In this document: positions 35,916 through 45,193 of the stretch, piece by piece
Layout: each line of letters begins with the position of its first letter
Position numbering within the stretch: position 1 is the stretch's first letter
Assembly (NCBI GenBank): GCA_963796895.1
Contig: CAWCNN010000005.1
Coordinates: forward strand, 18,659 to 82,658
DNA from: an uncultured Acidobacteriaceae bacterium
GTDB lineage: Bacteria > Acidobacteriota > Terriglobia > Terriglobales > Acidobacteriaceae
DNA length: 64,000 nucleotides
Direction of reading: 5' to 3'
The notes under the pieces: generated by a model
What the model was told of the DNA's origin: nothing
Databases searched by the model: none
Seen by the model: only the letters and a program-made list of their open reading frames with translations
Position numbers and translations under genes: made by a program

Positions 35916-36371
35916 GTGACTCGCAATCGCTCTGTGCCCACCGATACTCTGATCGCCCACGTCCGCTACCGCGATCTCGAACAGGCGATCGCCTGGCTCA
36001 ACCGCGCCTTCGGTTTCGTGGAGCACTACCGCTATGGCCACCCCATCGGCGGCGCGCAGCTCCGCGCCGGCAACGCGTGGATCATGGTCAGGGGCCTGGC
36101 GCCGGACGCGCGCACACCGCGTGAGCTCGGCTACGGCACCCAAAGCCTTACCCTCTTCGTTGACGACGTCGTAGCCCACTGCGTGCGCGCACGCGCCGCC
36201 GGAGCCGCGATCCTCGAAGAGCCTCACGATACCGTCTACGGCGAATTTCAATACGCTGTCGAAGACCTTGACGGCCACCAGTGGCTCTTCTCCCGCCACG
36301 CGCGCGACCTCAGCCCCGCCGACTGGGGCGCATCTCTCGCCCGCCCCACCCCGCCGGCAAGGGAGCGCTGA
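35916..36371 (+). CDS. VOC (glyoxalase/bleomycin-resistance/dioxygenase) family protein
   Basis: GTG start. LIAHVRYRDLEQAIAWLNRAFGF ... LFVDDVVAHCVRARAAGAAILEEPHDTVYGEFQYAVEDLDGHQWLF. Confidence 0.8.
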   Translation: MTRNRSVPTDTLIAHVRYRDLEQAIAWLNRAFGFVEHYRYGHPIGGAQLRAGNAWIMVRGLAPDARTPRELGYGTQSLTLFVDDVVAHCVRARAAGAAILEEPHDTVYGEFQYAVEDLDGHQWLFSRHARDLSPADWGASLARPTPPARER

Positions 36372-36373
36372 CG

Positions 36374-36718
36374 ATGCTCAAACGTCCCATCCTCCTTACG
36401 ATCTTCTGCTGTCTCCTGATCCTGCTCGGAGCGGTCGGCTTCGTCGGGCACTTCCCGGCCCATCGTCCCTATCACGCCTACGACTTCCTGCCCGACGCGC
36501 TGGAACTGATCCTGATCGCCGCCGCCGTATTCATCCTGCGGGGCCGCAACTGGGCGCGATGGCTTGCCCTCGCCTGGATCGCCTCCCACCTTGCTGTCAG
36601 CTTCTACGACTCCACCGCCAAAATCGTCGCTCACACCATCATCCTGCTCGTATTTGTGGCGGTTCTCTTCAACCCACCCGTTCGCAGGTGGTTCAACGCC
36701 CAGGCGGATTCGCCCTAA
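36374..36718 (+). CDS. small integral membrane protein, function unknown
   Basis: The ATG is 2 nt after the preceding stop. It has four hydrophobic segments (ILLTIFCCLLILLGAVGFVG, LELILIAAAVFIL, WLALAWIASHLAV, HTIILLVFVAVLF). Confidence 0.6.
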   Translation: MLKRPILLTIFCCLLILLGAVGFVGHFPAHRPYHAYDFLPDALELILIAAAVFILRGRNWARWLALAWIASHLAVSFYDSTAKIVAHTIILLVFVAVLFNPPVRRWFNAQADSP

Positions 36719-36736
36719 CCGAATCCTCGGCGGCAG

Positions 36737-37651
36737 CTACTTACAGACCGCCGCCAGCTGCGCGGAATAGTCCTTCTTCTTGGCTGTCGGCAGACGCTTC
36801 TCCTGCATCGCTCCCTCCAGCGTGTCCGGCCCCGGCAGCAGTTTCGGATCGACGTCGTATTTGTAGAAGGGATCCTTCTCCGCATCCTCCAGAGAGACAA
36901 AACTGAATCCGTGCGACTCATACAGCCTCAGCAGCCGTGGCAGCATCCGCGCGTCGAACGCCCCAATGTGCATCAGCAGCACATAAGGAATCTCCCGGTT
37001 GAACAGCTTCTCTGACATCGCCTTACGATACCCAATATCCTCGGCGGCAGCCGCAAGGTAGCTCTTCTCCAGCCAGCGGATGGCTTTCCTGTCGCCCTTC
37101 TCGTTACATCGTGCGTAAGGTTCGTTCCATTCGTAGTCCGCAAAGCTCGCCGTCACCCCGGCGATGCGATATTCGTGCTGCGCCAGGTAAACGCGGAAGC
37201 CCATCTTCTTCGCTGCCGTGTCACCCTCAGCCAGATACGGAAATCGAAACCATTTCCAGTCCGCGCCTTTCATCTGGAGTTCCAGCAGCGGCACATTCTT
37301 GTCCGTATCTTCCTCGAACTGCTGCAGCGAATGCTGGTTCAGATTCATGTGCGACCAGGTGTGATTCCCCAGCGGGTTCCCCGCGGCACGCCACGCTGCC
37401 AGTACGGCGGCTGTCTCCGGATGATCCTGCACCGCTATACCGTTCACGAACCCGTAGGTCGGCGGCACATGCGCCTTCTTCAGCGCCTTGATCACCTTGT
37501 TGGCGACCTCAATCCGAGTCTCGCCCGGGGGCAGTGGCCCATGCGCCGGCAGATCGTCGAACGTGAAAGCAATCTGCTGCGCCCGCGCCCCCACCGCCAT
37601 CACCAACACCAACAGTCCAGCCGTCCAGACCCGCCGCACGTACACCTTCAT
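36737..37651 (-). CDS. polysaccharide deacetylase (NodB-homology) family protein, secreted
   Basis: Signal peptide MKVYVRRVWTAGLLVLVMAVGARAQ, with FTFDDLP and GNHTWSH motifs. Confidence 0.8.
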   Translation of the reverse strand: MKVYVRRVWTAGLLVLVMAVGARAQQIAFTFDDLPAHGPLPPGETRIEVANKVIKALKKAHVPPTYGFVNGIAVQDHPETAAVLAAWRAAGNPLGNHTWSHMNLNQHSLQQFEEDTDKNVPLLELQMKGADWKWFRFPYLAEGDTAAKKMGFRVYLAQHEYRIAGVTASFADYEWNEPYARCNEKGDRKAIRWLEKSYLAAAAEDIGYRKAMSEKLFNREIPYVLLMHIGAFDARMLPRLLRLYESHGFSFVSLEDAEKDPFYKYDVDPKLLPGPDTLEGAMQEKRLPTAKKKDYSAQLAAVCK

Positions 37652-37724
37652 GGCCCTCCTGATCGAAAAGGAAGTATACCGGCCCATTTTCTTTCGATGT
37701 TCGATCGTGGGGGCCGAGAGGCCC

Positions 37725-39839
37725 TCAGCTCCGGTCCCGCGCCATAGGCATATTGCGCAATCGTTCCCCGGTCGCCGCGAAGATCGCATTCCCCACTGCC
37801 GGAGCTACCGCCACAATTCCCGTCTCCCCCGCGCCCGCCGACGGGAGATCCTTGCGGTCGATGAGAATCACCTCGATCTCCGGGGTGTCTTTGAACCGCG
37901 GCACCCGGTACCCCGCAAAAGTCCCATTCGTCACTTTCCCCTTGGCAAACTGGATCTGCTCGAAAAGTGCTCCACCCAGCGCCTGCACCATCGCCCCCAT
38001 CACCTGGTTCCGCAGCCCGTCCGGATTCACAATTGCCCCCGACTCCCACGCTTGCACCAGGCGCCGCACGTGCACTTTCTTATCCGCCTCAATCTCCACT
38101 TCGGCGCAGGCAGCCGTGTAACCACCCTTCTCCGTCCCGCCCGCGATCCCATAGCCGCGCGTCGATGTCGACTTTTGCCTGCCCCACCCAAACCGCTCCG
38201 CAGCCGCCTGGAAAACCGCCTGCAACCGAGCATCGTCCAGATTCTTCAGCCGAAACGCCAGTGGATCCATCCCGACCGCGTGCGCCAGCTCATCCATCGC
38301 GGTCTCGCGCGCAAAGTGGTTCGCCGTCGCTGCCAGCCCCCGATACGATCCCTGCGCCAGGGGCGCGTCCTGCCACTCGTGATACCGCGTCACCGGATTC
38401 GCAACCTTATAGGGAGTCCCCACCCCGGACGGTCCGGAGTTGTAGTTGTGGTGCTCCCACGCCGCCAGCGTCCCGTCTTTCTTCACACCTGCGCGGATCT
38501 CTATCACTCCCGCTGGCCGGAAATACGCCCACGTAAACTCCTCCTCACGCGTCCAGATCAGTTTCACCGGTTTGCCCGCCGCCTTGGCCAGCCGAGCCGC
38601 CTCCACCGCGCACTCCCCGGTGTGCTTGCCGCCGTAGCCGCTGCCCATGTCCGGCATCATGACCCTAACCTGGTCTGGCGACATCAGGAACGCCCGCACC
38701 AGATCGTCCTTCACGCCGAACGGCCGCTGCGTCCCTGTCCACACCGTCAGCTTCCCGTTCGTCCATTCCGCCACCGCCGCCCGCGGTTCCAGCGGAGCAT
38801 GCGCGATATACGCGACGGTGTAGGTCTGCTCCAGCTTTATGTCCGCGTTCGCCAGCGCCGCGGCAATTTCCGATTGCCCGTCGTCTCCGGCGCCGTTCTT
38901 TAGTTCCGCAAACAGCTCCGCGCTCGAAATCTGCGCAGGCACCCTCCACTGCGCGTTGATCTTCAGCAGCGCCATCTCCGCGGCCCATAAATCGTCCCCC
39001 ACCACCCCGATGAAGTCGCCGTCCCGCACGACTCTGACGCCGGGAATCTTCTCCGCCGCACTCGTATCGACCGACACCAAGGTTGCGTGATACCCCGCCG
39101 GCCGCAGCACTTTCCCAAACAGCATCCCTGGCCGCACCACATCCGACGGATAAGTATGGGCCCCTGTTACAAATCTCCTCCCATCCACCTTCGGCATAGC
39201 CTTGCCCGCGATCTTCCATTCCGTCGCCGGCGTCAGCGTCGGATCTCCGGTCACCGTCCGCGTCAGCTTCTCACCCCGCGTGATCTCTCCATAGCCCAGC
39301 GAAACCTGCGTCGCCGGATTCGTCACCCTCCCGTTCTCCGCCACCAGCTTCGCTGGATCGGCCTTCCACCGCTCCGCCGCCGCTTCCACCAGCATCTCGC
39401 GCGCGTTCATCGCCATCGTCCGTAGCTGTGGACCCATGGTCGGCGTCGACCGGCTCCCGAAAGTCCCTGCATCCCATGGCACCAGGTCCGTATCGCCCAT
39501 CGTCATCGTGATCGATCCAAAGGGCGCCCGCAATTCCTCCGACACCGACTGCGCGAGCGACGTGCGAATGTTCTGCCCGATCTCCACCTTGCCCGTGAAC
39601 ACCGTCACCTTCCCGTCCGCGTCAATGTGGATCCACGCGCTCACCTCCTGCGGCAAAGTGTGCCCTCCAAAACGCCGCCCTGACTCCTGCGCCTCCAGCA
39701 CCGCGCTGCCCGACACCAGCGACACCAGCAGCCCGCCCGTGCACAGCCGCAAAAAATCCCGCCGATCCAGTTCGAACATCCGGATCCGGTCCCGCACCTC
39801 ATGCAGTTCAGCTTCCAGTTTCAGGTCATCCACGGGCAT
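37725..39839 (-). CDS. molybdopterin-binding subunit of an IorB/aldehyde-oxidase-type hydroxylase, Tat-exported
   Basis: Twin-arginine motif DRRDFLRL. Also VEIGQNIRTSLAQ, GTFGSRST and MGSGYGGK. The start at 39839 overlaps the upstream 2Fe-2S gene by 14 nt. Confidence 0.88.
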   Translation of the reverse strand: MPVDDLKLEAELHEVRDRIRMFELDRRDFLRLCTGGLLVSLVSGSAVLEAQESGRRFGGHTLPQEVSAWIHIDADGKVTVFTGKVEIGQNIRTSLAQSVSEELRAPFGSITMTMGDTDLVPWDAGTFGSRSTPTMGPQLRTMAMNAREMLVEAAAERWKADPAKLVAENGRVTNPATQVSLGYGEITRGEKLTRTVTGDPTLTPATEWKIAGKAMPKVDGRRFVTGAHTYPSDVVRPGMLFGKVLRPAGYHATLVSVDTSAAEKIPGVRVVRDGDFIGVVGDDLWAAEMALLKINAQWRVPAQISSAELFAELKNGAGDDGQSEIAAALANADIKLEQTYTVAYIAHAPLEPRAAVAEWTNGKLTVWTGTQRPFGVKDDLVRAFLMSPDQVRVMMPDMGSGYGGKHTGECAVEAARLAKAAGKPVKLIWTREEEFTWAYFRPAGVIEIRAGVKKDGTLAAWEHHNYNSGPSGVGTPYKVANPVTRYHEWQDAPLAQGSYRGLAATANHFARETAMDELAHAVGMDPLAFRLKNLDDARLQAVFQAAAERFGWGRQKSTSTRGYGIAGGTEKGGYTAACAEVEIEADKKVHVRRLVQAWESGAIVNPDGLRNQVMGAMVQALGGALFEQIQFAKGKVTNGTFAGYRVPRFKDTPEIEVILIDRKDLPSAGAGETGIVAVAPAVGNAIFAATGERLRNMPMARDRS

Positions 39840-40317
39840 AGGCGATCTCCTTCTTCTCGACCCTCTCCGACGCGCGCCGCACGGCCGCCACAATGCGCGG
39901 ATACGTCCCGCACCGGCACATATTGCCGTTCATCGCCTCCACAATCTCGGCTCCGGACGGATGCGGTTTCTCCGCCAGCAGCGCCGTCGCCGCCAGCACC
40001 ATCCCCGACGTGCAGTACCCGCACTGGAACGCGCCCTCCTCCAGAAACGCCTCCTGGACCCGAGACAGCTGGCCGTTCTCCTCCAGCCCTTCCACCGTGG
40101 TGATCTTTGCACCCACTGCAGCCGCAGCCGGTGTCAGGCACGACCGCGTCGGTCGACCCTCCAGCAGCACCGTGCACGCGCCGCACTGCCCTTCGCCGCA
40201 GCCAAATTTCGTCCCCGTCAACCCCAGCTTGTTGCGCAACACCCAAAGCAGAGGCTCATCCTCCGCCGCCCGCACCTGCCGCACCGTGCCGTTGACGTTC
40301 AGCTTCAAATCAGCCAT
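39826..40317 (-). CDS. (2Fe-2S)-binding small subunit of the molybdo-hydroxylase (IorA-like)
   Basis: CGEGQCGACTV... and QCGYCTSGM ... NMCRCGTY cysteine clusters. 163 aa. Confidence 0.9.
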   Translation of the reverse strand: MADLKLNVNGTVRQVRAAEDEPLLWVLRNKLGLTGTKFGCGEGQCGACTVLLEGRPTRSCLTPAAAAVGAKITTVEGLEENGQLSRVQEAFLEEGAFQCGYCTSGMVLAATALLAEKPHPSGAEIVEAMNGNMCRCGTYPRIVAAVRRASERVEKKEIAYARG

Positions 40318-40503
40318 CAGCGCACCTCAACGTCAGCAGAATACTCTCCACAGCCCATCGGTTGTCGCCCCCGCACCATCGCTGATGACCAACCGCGTCG
40401 CTACCGGCCACCGGCTACCAGCTGCCCCACGGAACTTCCCTAACCGATCCTGCGTATTCCGGTCTAAGCCCGTGTGGGCCCCATACCGTCCTGAGGAGTC
40501 CGT

Positions 40504-40941
40504 ATGCAGACCGTCGAACGCGTCATCATCAAAGCCAGTCCAACCGCCATCTGGCAGGTCCTCGCTGACGTCGAACGCTGGCCCACCTGGACGCCCACCG
40601 TGCTGAGCGTGGAGCCCGTGACGCGGGAGGGGTTTAAAGTCGGCGCGAAATATCGTGTCACCCAGCCCAAAATCCGCCCTGGGGTTTACGAAGTCACCGA
40701 ACGCATCCCGCATGAGGCTTTCACCTGGGTCCAGAAATCCCCGGGCGCGACCATGATCGCCGAGCATCGCCTCACCGCCTTCGACGGCTCCGGCACCGAA
40801 GTCGAACTCGCCTTCGCCACCAAAGGTCTGATGGGCGCTCTTGCGGGCAGCCTCTATTCCAAACTCATCGCGGAATACGTGAAGACTGAAGCCCGCAGCC
40901 TGAAACAACACTGCGAAGCGCTCGCCGCAAAATCAGCGTAG
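40504..40941 (+). CDS. SRPBCC-superfamily protein (polyketide cyclase/dehydrase-like)
   Basis: VIIKASPTAIWQVLADVERWPTWTP is a typical N-terminal signature. 145 aa. Confidence 0.75.
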   Translation: MQTVERVIIKASPTAIWQVLADVERWPTWTPTVLSVEPVTREGFKVGAKYRVTQPKIRPGVYEVTERIPHEAFTWVQKSPGATMIAEHRLTAFDGSGTEVELAFATKGLMGALAGSLYSKLIAEYVKTEARSLKQHCEALAAKSA

Positions 40942-40994
40942 AAGCTCCTGCGGCCTGAAAGGCACAAGGGCCGCAATGTGGCGCGGCCCTGCTC

Positions 40995-41456
40995 CTACCG
41001 GTGCCCTTCGATATACGCTTCCAGCAATTGCACAATCAGCGACCATCCGTTGTTGCGCTGTCGCATCTCCTCGCTCATCAGCCCGGAGTGCGTCACCCGC
41101 ACCCGGGTGATCCCATCCTTCTCTTCCAGATCCCACCGCACCAGGCTCTCCGGATAGTCCTCCCCCTCGCGGTTCCACGTGAACTCCAGAAGGCGCGGCG
41201 GTTCCACTCTCCGATACATCCCGGACACCGTGTGGACCGGCCCAACAGGCGAGCAGTTCCCCTCCACCTGCATCCACCACGCGCCGCCCGGCCGCACATC
41301 GCACTCGGCGGCCAGCGTCCGGACTTTTCCCTCCACCGTCCACCAGCGCACCAATTCCTCCGGCCGCGTCAGCGCTGCAAAAATACGCTCCGCTGGCGCC
41401 ACAATCGTGATCTCCTGCACCAGTGCATCGGTCGTCATCGCCGCCATCGTCATCAC
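40995..41456 (-). CDS. SRPBCC protein, AHSA1 (activator of Hsp90 ATPase homologue)-like
   Basis: ITIVAPAERIFAALTRPEELVRWW ... GMYRRVEPPRLLEFTW ... VRVTHSG. ATGA overlap with the upstream ArsR gene. Confidence 0.8.
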   Translation of the reverse strand: MMTMAAMTTDALVQEITIVAPAERIFAALTRPEELVRWWTVEGKVRTLAAECDVRPGGAWWMQVEGNCSPVGPVHTVSGMYRRVEPPRLLEFTWNREGEDYPESLVRWDLEEKDGITRVRVTHSGLMSEEMRQRNNGWSLIVQLLEAYIEGHR

Positions 41457-41818
41457 TTCTCCTCCAGATATTTCTTCAGGTTCTCGAGCGACGCGGTCCA
41501 GAACGCCTCATAACCCTGCAACCACGTCCCGACCTCCCGAAGCGGCTTTGCGTTGAGCGTGCACACGGTCGTCGTCCCCTCGCTGCGCGTCTCCACCAGC
41601 CCGGCCCGGTGCAATTGATGGATATGTTTGGAGATCGCCGGCCGGCTCATCCGGAAATTCCCCGCAATCCCACCCACCGTCTGGCGCCCGCTGCGCAGGA
41701 TACCCAGAATCTCCCGCCGCGTCGGATCCGCCAGCGCCCGAAACACCGCGTCGCGCTGCCTGTGCTGTCGCATGGAAACCATATGGTTACGCACAAACTG
41801 TAACCAGAAGGTTTCCAT
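41453..41818 (-). CDS. ArsR/SmtB-family transcriptional regulator
   Basis: VFRALADPTRREILGIL....TVGGIAGNFRMSRPAISKHIHQLHRAGLV. The true start may be the internal Met at 41782 or 41773. Confidence 0.88.
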   Translation of the reverse strand: METFWLQFVRNHMVSMRQHRQRDAVFRALADPTRREILGILRSGRQTVGGIAGNFRMSRPAISKHIHQLHRAGLVETRSEGTTTVCTLNAKPLREVGTWLQGYEAFWTASLENLKKYLEEK

Positions 41819-41873
41819 TTGTCAAGCGCAGCTCCCCTTGGCCTCTCGCGGCCCTTCCCGTATCCTCGTCTCC

Positions 41874-43202
41874 ATGCCCATCCGCCCTGCCTTCGCCGCT
41901 TTACTCGCAGCCGCCCTTCTCGTTCCGGCGACGCCCGGCCTCGTCGCTCAAACCCCACAAACCAGCGACCCCGTGGTTCTCCCCTCCTCCTCCGGAGTCC
42001 AAACCGAAACCGATGAGTACACTCGCTACGAACTCCTCGCCCCCGAATCATCGAGCTTCAAAATCTGGTATGAAGTCACCGCCACCACCGCTGGCGCCGC
42101 AATCTTCTATAACCCGATCCGCAAAGGCAGCGTCGCCAGCGACGAAAGCGTCTACGACGCAATGACCGGTCGGCCTCTCCACTTCGATGTCGTCAGCGGC
42201 GCCGACGCCCGAAAAGATCCCCTCATGGCCGACGCCGACTCCGCCATGGACTACATCAAAGTCACCCTCGCCCGCCCCGTCCCGCCCCACGGTCAGGGCC
42301 GCGTCATCATCGTCAAAACCTACAAAGATCCGAAGAGCTACTACACCGACGGCAACGCCATCGTCTTCGACCGCCCCCTCGGGATCCGCCGCAACAAAGT
42401 CGTTCTGCCGCCGGGTTATGAAGTCGTCAGCCTCTCCGTGCCGTCACAAATCCGCACCGAGCCCGATGGGCGCATCGCGATCAGCTTCCTCCACGCCGGC
42501 TCGGGCATCGCCCCACTCGTCCTCCGCGCCGTCAAAGACGCGCCAACCGGCCCCACCGCCCAGCCCCAACCGCTCACCGATCGGCGCAGTTGGGAATCCC
42601 CCTTCGAAGGCGAGCCCGAACAAGCCCGCCTCTCCGAGCGCGCTCACCAGGACCGCGACATCGTCTACTTCCTCCAGCAGCCTGAGACCCACGCCTTCAG
42701 CCTCTACCACGACTACACCGAGTCTCGACCCGGCATCGACGGCTACGCCAACGTCGTCCGTACCGGCAGCGTCGCCACCCGCCCCTCCGCCTACATCCTC
42801 GACACCGGCGAACAACTCAAGACCGAAGACATGACCGGTGCCCAGCTCATTGCTTCGAAGATTGACACCGGAGAAACCGTCGACTCCAAAGACCACGTCG
42901 TCGTCATCCCCTTCCCCGCCATCCAACCCGGTCAGTCGCTCCGCCTCCGCATCGCAGAAACCTACACCGCCCCCGTCAGCTACCGCCTCGATGGCGACAC
43001 CCTCGTCTTCGATCGCAGCCTCGGCCGAGCCCGCAACGCCGTCGTCCTCCCCTCCGGCTGGTACGTCACCGCCAGCGCCGAACCCGCCACCGTTTCCCAA
43101 CTCTCCGACGGCCGTGTCCGCCTCGACTTCTGGAACGACCACCCCGAAGCCGACGACGTCCTCATCAAAGCAAAACGCCGCGTCAACGGAAAGAGTGATT
43201 AA
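41874..43202 (+). CDS. hypothetical secreted protein made of two homologous ~190-aa halves
   Basis: Signal peptide MPIRPAFAALLAAALLVPATPGLVAQ. Half 1 reads ...AIVFDRPLGIRRNKVVLPPGYEVVSLSVPSQIRTEPDGRIAISF and half 2 reads ...TLVFDRSLGRARNAVVLPSGWYVTASAEPATVSQLSDGRVRLDF. Confidence 0.7.
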   Translation: MPIRPAFAALLAAALLVPATPGLVAQTPQTSDPVVLPSSSGVQTETDEYTRYELLAPESSSFKIWYEVTATTAGAAIFYNPIRKGSVASDESVYDAMTGRPLHFDVVSGADARKDPLMADADSAMDYIKVTLARPVPPHGQGRVIIVKTYKDPKSYYTDGNAIVFDRPLGIRRNKVVLPPGYEVVSLSVPSQIRTEPDGRIAISFLHAGSGIAPLVLRAVKDAPTGPTAQPQPLTDRRSWESPFEGEPEQARLSERAHQDRDIVYFLQQPETHAFSLYHDYTESRPGIDGYANVVRTGSVATRPSAYILDTGEQLKTEDMTGAQLIASKIDTGETVDSKDHVVVIPFPAIQPGQSLRLRIAETYTAPVSYRLDGDTLVFDRSLGRARNAVVLPSGWYVTASAEPATVSQLSDGRVRLDFWNDHPEADDVLIKAKRRVNGKSD

Positions 43203-43207
43203 CCGCC

Positions 43208-43663
43208 ATGAAGAAAGTCTTCCTTCGTCTCCGCCTCTTCCCCCTCGCATTTCTCCTGCCCCTCGCGGCACACGCCGCCACTCCAGCAGAACAGGCCGTC
43301 CTCGAGCCCGTGCAGGCCCTCTTCGACGGCATGGCGCACCGCGACCCCGCCGCGATCCGCGCCCCCCTGCTGCCCGGTGGCTCCATGGTTCTGATGCGCG
43401 ACGGTAAGCCCGTCCGCATGACCTTCGACGATTTCGCCGCGCACCTGGCTCATCCCGGAACCACACGCATCGAGGAGCGCATTCACGATCCCCTCGTTCG
43501 CATCGATCACGATCTCGCTCTCGTCTGGGCTCCGTTCGTCTTTACCGTCGACGGCAAAGTCGACCACTGCGGCACCGACCTGTTCAATCTCGTGCGTCAG
43601 AACGGCCAGTGGCTCATCGCCTCCGTCGCCGACACCGGCCGAAAAACCTGCTCATCCCATTAA
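43208..43663 (+). CDS. NTF2-like (SnoaL/DUF4440-type) protein with signal peptide
   Basis: It starts 5 nt after the preceding stop. MKKVFLRLRLFPLAFLLPLAAHA, with the fold inferred from ...DFAAHLA...ERIHDPLVRIDHDLALVWAPFVFTVDGKVDHCGTDLFNLVRQNGQWLIASV. Confidence 0.65.
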   Translation: MKKVFLRLRLFPLAFLLPLAAHAATPAEQAVLEPVQALFDGMAHRDPAAIRAPLLPGGSMVLMRDGKPVRMTFDDFAAHLAHPGTTRIEERIHDPLVRIDHDLALVWAPFVFTVDGKVDHCGTDLFNLVRQNGQWLIASVADTGRKTCSSH

Positions 43664-43741
43664 CGACCTGACCGAATGATGGAGTACCTTCGCGAAGCGG
43701 TCCCGCCGGGGCGGGACAACGGAAAAGGAGAGAAGAACCGC

Positions 43742-44626
43742 ATGCGATTTTGCTCAGTGCTGTTGTTCGCATTTCTCGCGCTGGCTCCATCCCACCTCCA
43801 TGCAGCCGTCCATTCCATCGAATCTCCCGAGTGGACCACCCCCATCGCCCCCTTCCAGATCGCCGACCACCTCTACTACGTCGGCAGCCGCGACCTCGCC
43901 TCGTACCTCATCGTCACGCCCGCCGGCGACATCCTCATCAACTCGAGCCTCGAAAGCTCCCCCGCCCTCATTCGCAAAAGTGTCGAGCAACTCGGTTTCC
44001 ATTTCTCCGACATCCGCATCCTGCTCATCAGCCACGCCCACTGGGATCACGACGCCGGCAGCGCCGCCATCCTTCGCATGACTCATGCGAAATACATGGT
44101 CATGGACGCCGACGTTCCCGTCGTCGAGAGCGGCGGCGCAAAGGATTTCTTCTATCCCCATGACCTCTATCCCCCCGCCCACGTCGATCGCATCCTCCAC
44201 GATGGCGACCGCGTCGAGCTCGGCGGCGTCGTGCTGGTCGCGCACAAAACTCCAGGCCACACCCGCGGCTGCACCACCTGGACCCTGCGCACGCCCGATC
44301 AGGGGAGAATGGTTAACGTCGTGATCGTCGGCAGCTGGAACGTCAATCCCGGATTCCGCCTCGTCGATCGCCCTGGCCACCCGGCTTCGTATCCAAACAT
44401 GGCCGCGGATTACCGCAAGACCTTCGCAGTCCTAAAAAGCCTTCCCTGCGATGTGTTCTTAGGAGCCCACGGCGGCTACTTCGACATGCTCTCGAAGCTC
44501 GCGCGCATTAAATCCGGCGCGGGCCCATCCGTCTGGATCGACCCGCAGGGTTATCAAAAAGCCGTCGCCGACAAAGAAAAGGAATTCGAGGCCGAGCTGA
44601 AGCACCAGCAAGCGGAAATGCGATAG
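43742..44626 (+). CDS. subclass B3-like metallo-beta-lactamase fold protein, secreted
   Basis: Signal peptide MRFCSVLLFAFLALAPSHLHA, the HxHxDH motif SHAHWDHDAGS, plus HKTPGHTRG and FLGAHGG. Confidence 0.8.
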   Translation: MRFCSVLLFAFLALAPSHLHAAVHSIESPEWTTPIAPFQIADHLYYVGSRDLASYLIVTPAGDILINSSLESSPALIRKSVEQLGFHFSDIRILLISHAHWDHDAGSAAILRMTHAKYMVMDADVPVVESGGAKDFFYPHDLYPPAHVDRILHDGDRVELGGVVLVAHKTPGHTRGCTTWTLRTPDQGRMVNVVIVGSWNVNPGFRLVDRPGHPASYPNMAADYRKTFAVLKSLPCDVFLGAHGGYFDMLSKLARIKSGAGPSVWIDPQGYQKAVADKEKEFEAELKHQQAEMR

Positions 44627-44667
44627 CGCCGATTGTGGCACAAGCAGGTTGGGATTAAGCGCTGTCT

Positions 44668-45144
44668 TCAGTCAGGACCCGGGGCCGGCCCGAGGGCAAC
44701 TCCATCTGGAGTGCATGGGATCGCATCGACAACTTCTATGCCAAGAGAGGTAAAAGATGCACCCATCCCGAAGGCAGGGTCGACTGTCACCTCGAAGTAC
44801 GGAGATGGTCCCTGCTCCCGCGTCTTGCGAACGATGATTAACTCCATGATCGCGTTCTGATGATTGAACCCGTGCATCTGTAGATCCTGGACGTCACTGA
44901 ACCTCAGAGTTGTCAGAGTGTGATGTTGGAGGACAAAGTATCCGCGAGAATCAACCTCTCTCGTCATCTCGAAAACATGGATCTGCAGAGTAAGAATTGG
45001 AAATTTGTACACGCCGTCATCGGGCCGGACATCGCCTCGATCCAGATGAAGCTCCGGAACCTCTGCGTCGTGGAACGTCGGCCAATATCCAAAAATTTTG
45101 GTCAGCTTCTCGCTACCAGCGATGAAACCCTCAATATCTTCCAT
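44668..45144 (-). CDS. hypothetical protein resembling the Imm50 polymorphic-toxin immunity family
   Basis: 158 aa in a visibly lower-G+C pocket. IFGYWPTFHDAEVPELHLDR ... LTLQIHVFEMTREVDSRGYF ... TLRFSDVQDLQMHGFNHQNAIMELII matches my recollection of Imm50 (PF15594). This was not verified by a search. Confidence 0.55.
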   Translation of the reverse strand: MEDIEGFIAGSEKLTKIFGYWPTFHDAEVPELHLDRGDVRPDDGVYKFPILTLQIHVFEMTREVDSRGYFVLQHHTLTTLRFSDVQDLQMHGFNHQNAIMELIIVRKTREQGPSPYFEVTVDPAFGMGASFTSLGIEVVDAIPCTPDGVALGPAPGPD

Positions 45145-45157
45145 CCAGTGTGCTCCA

Positions 45158-45193
45158 TAGGAAGTAAGCTAAAGGCTAAGAGCTAACAGCTAA
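45158..45193 (+). repeat. heptad array of stop triplets: TAG, TAA, then TAAAGGC TAAGAGC TAACAGC TAAAAGC
   Basis: TAG at 45158 and TAA at 45165 (7 nt apart), then TAA at 45170, 45177, 45184 and 45191 (exact 7-nt spacing). It lies between the malic enzyme stop (45202) and the Imm50-like start (45144). Confidence 0.8.

Noticed and set aside
44668-45144. A complete toxin-immunity or polymorphic-toxin locus around the Imm50-like gene
   Set aside because: Neighbouring genes are a B3 metallo-beta-lactamase-fold gene and malic enzyme. No toxin domain, Rhs/YD repeats, PAAR/VgrG or CdiB-like gene exists within the window.
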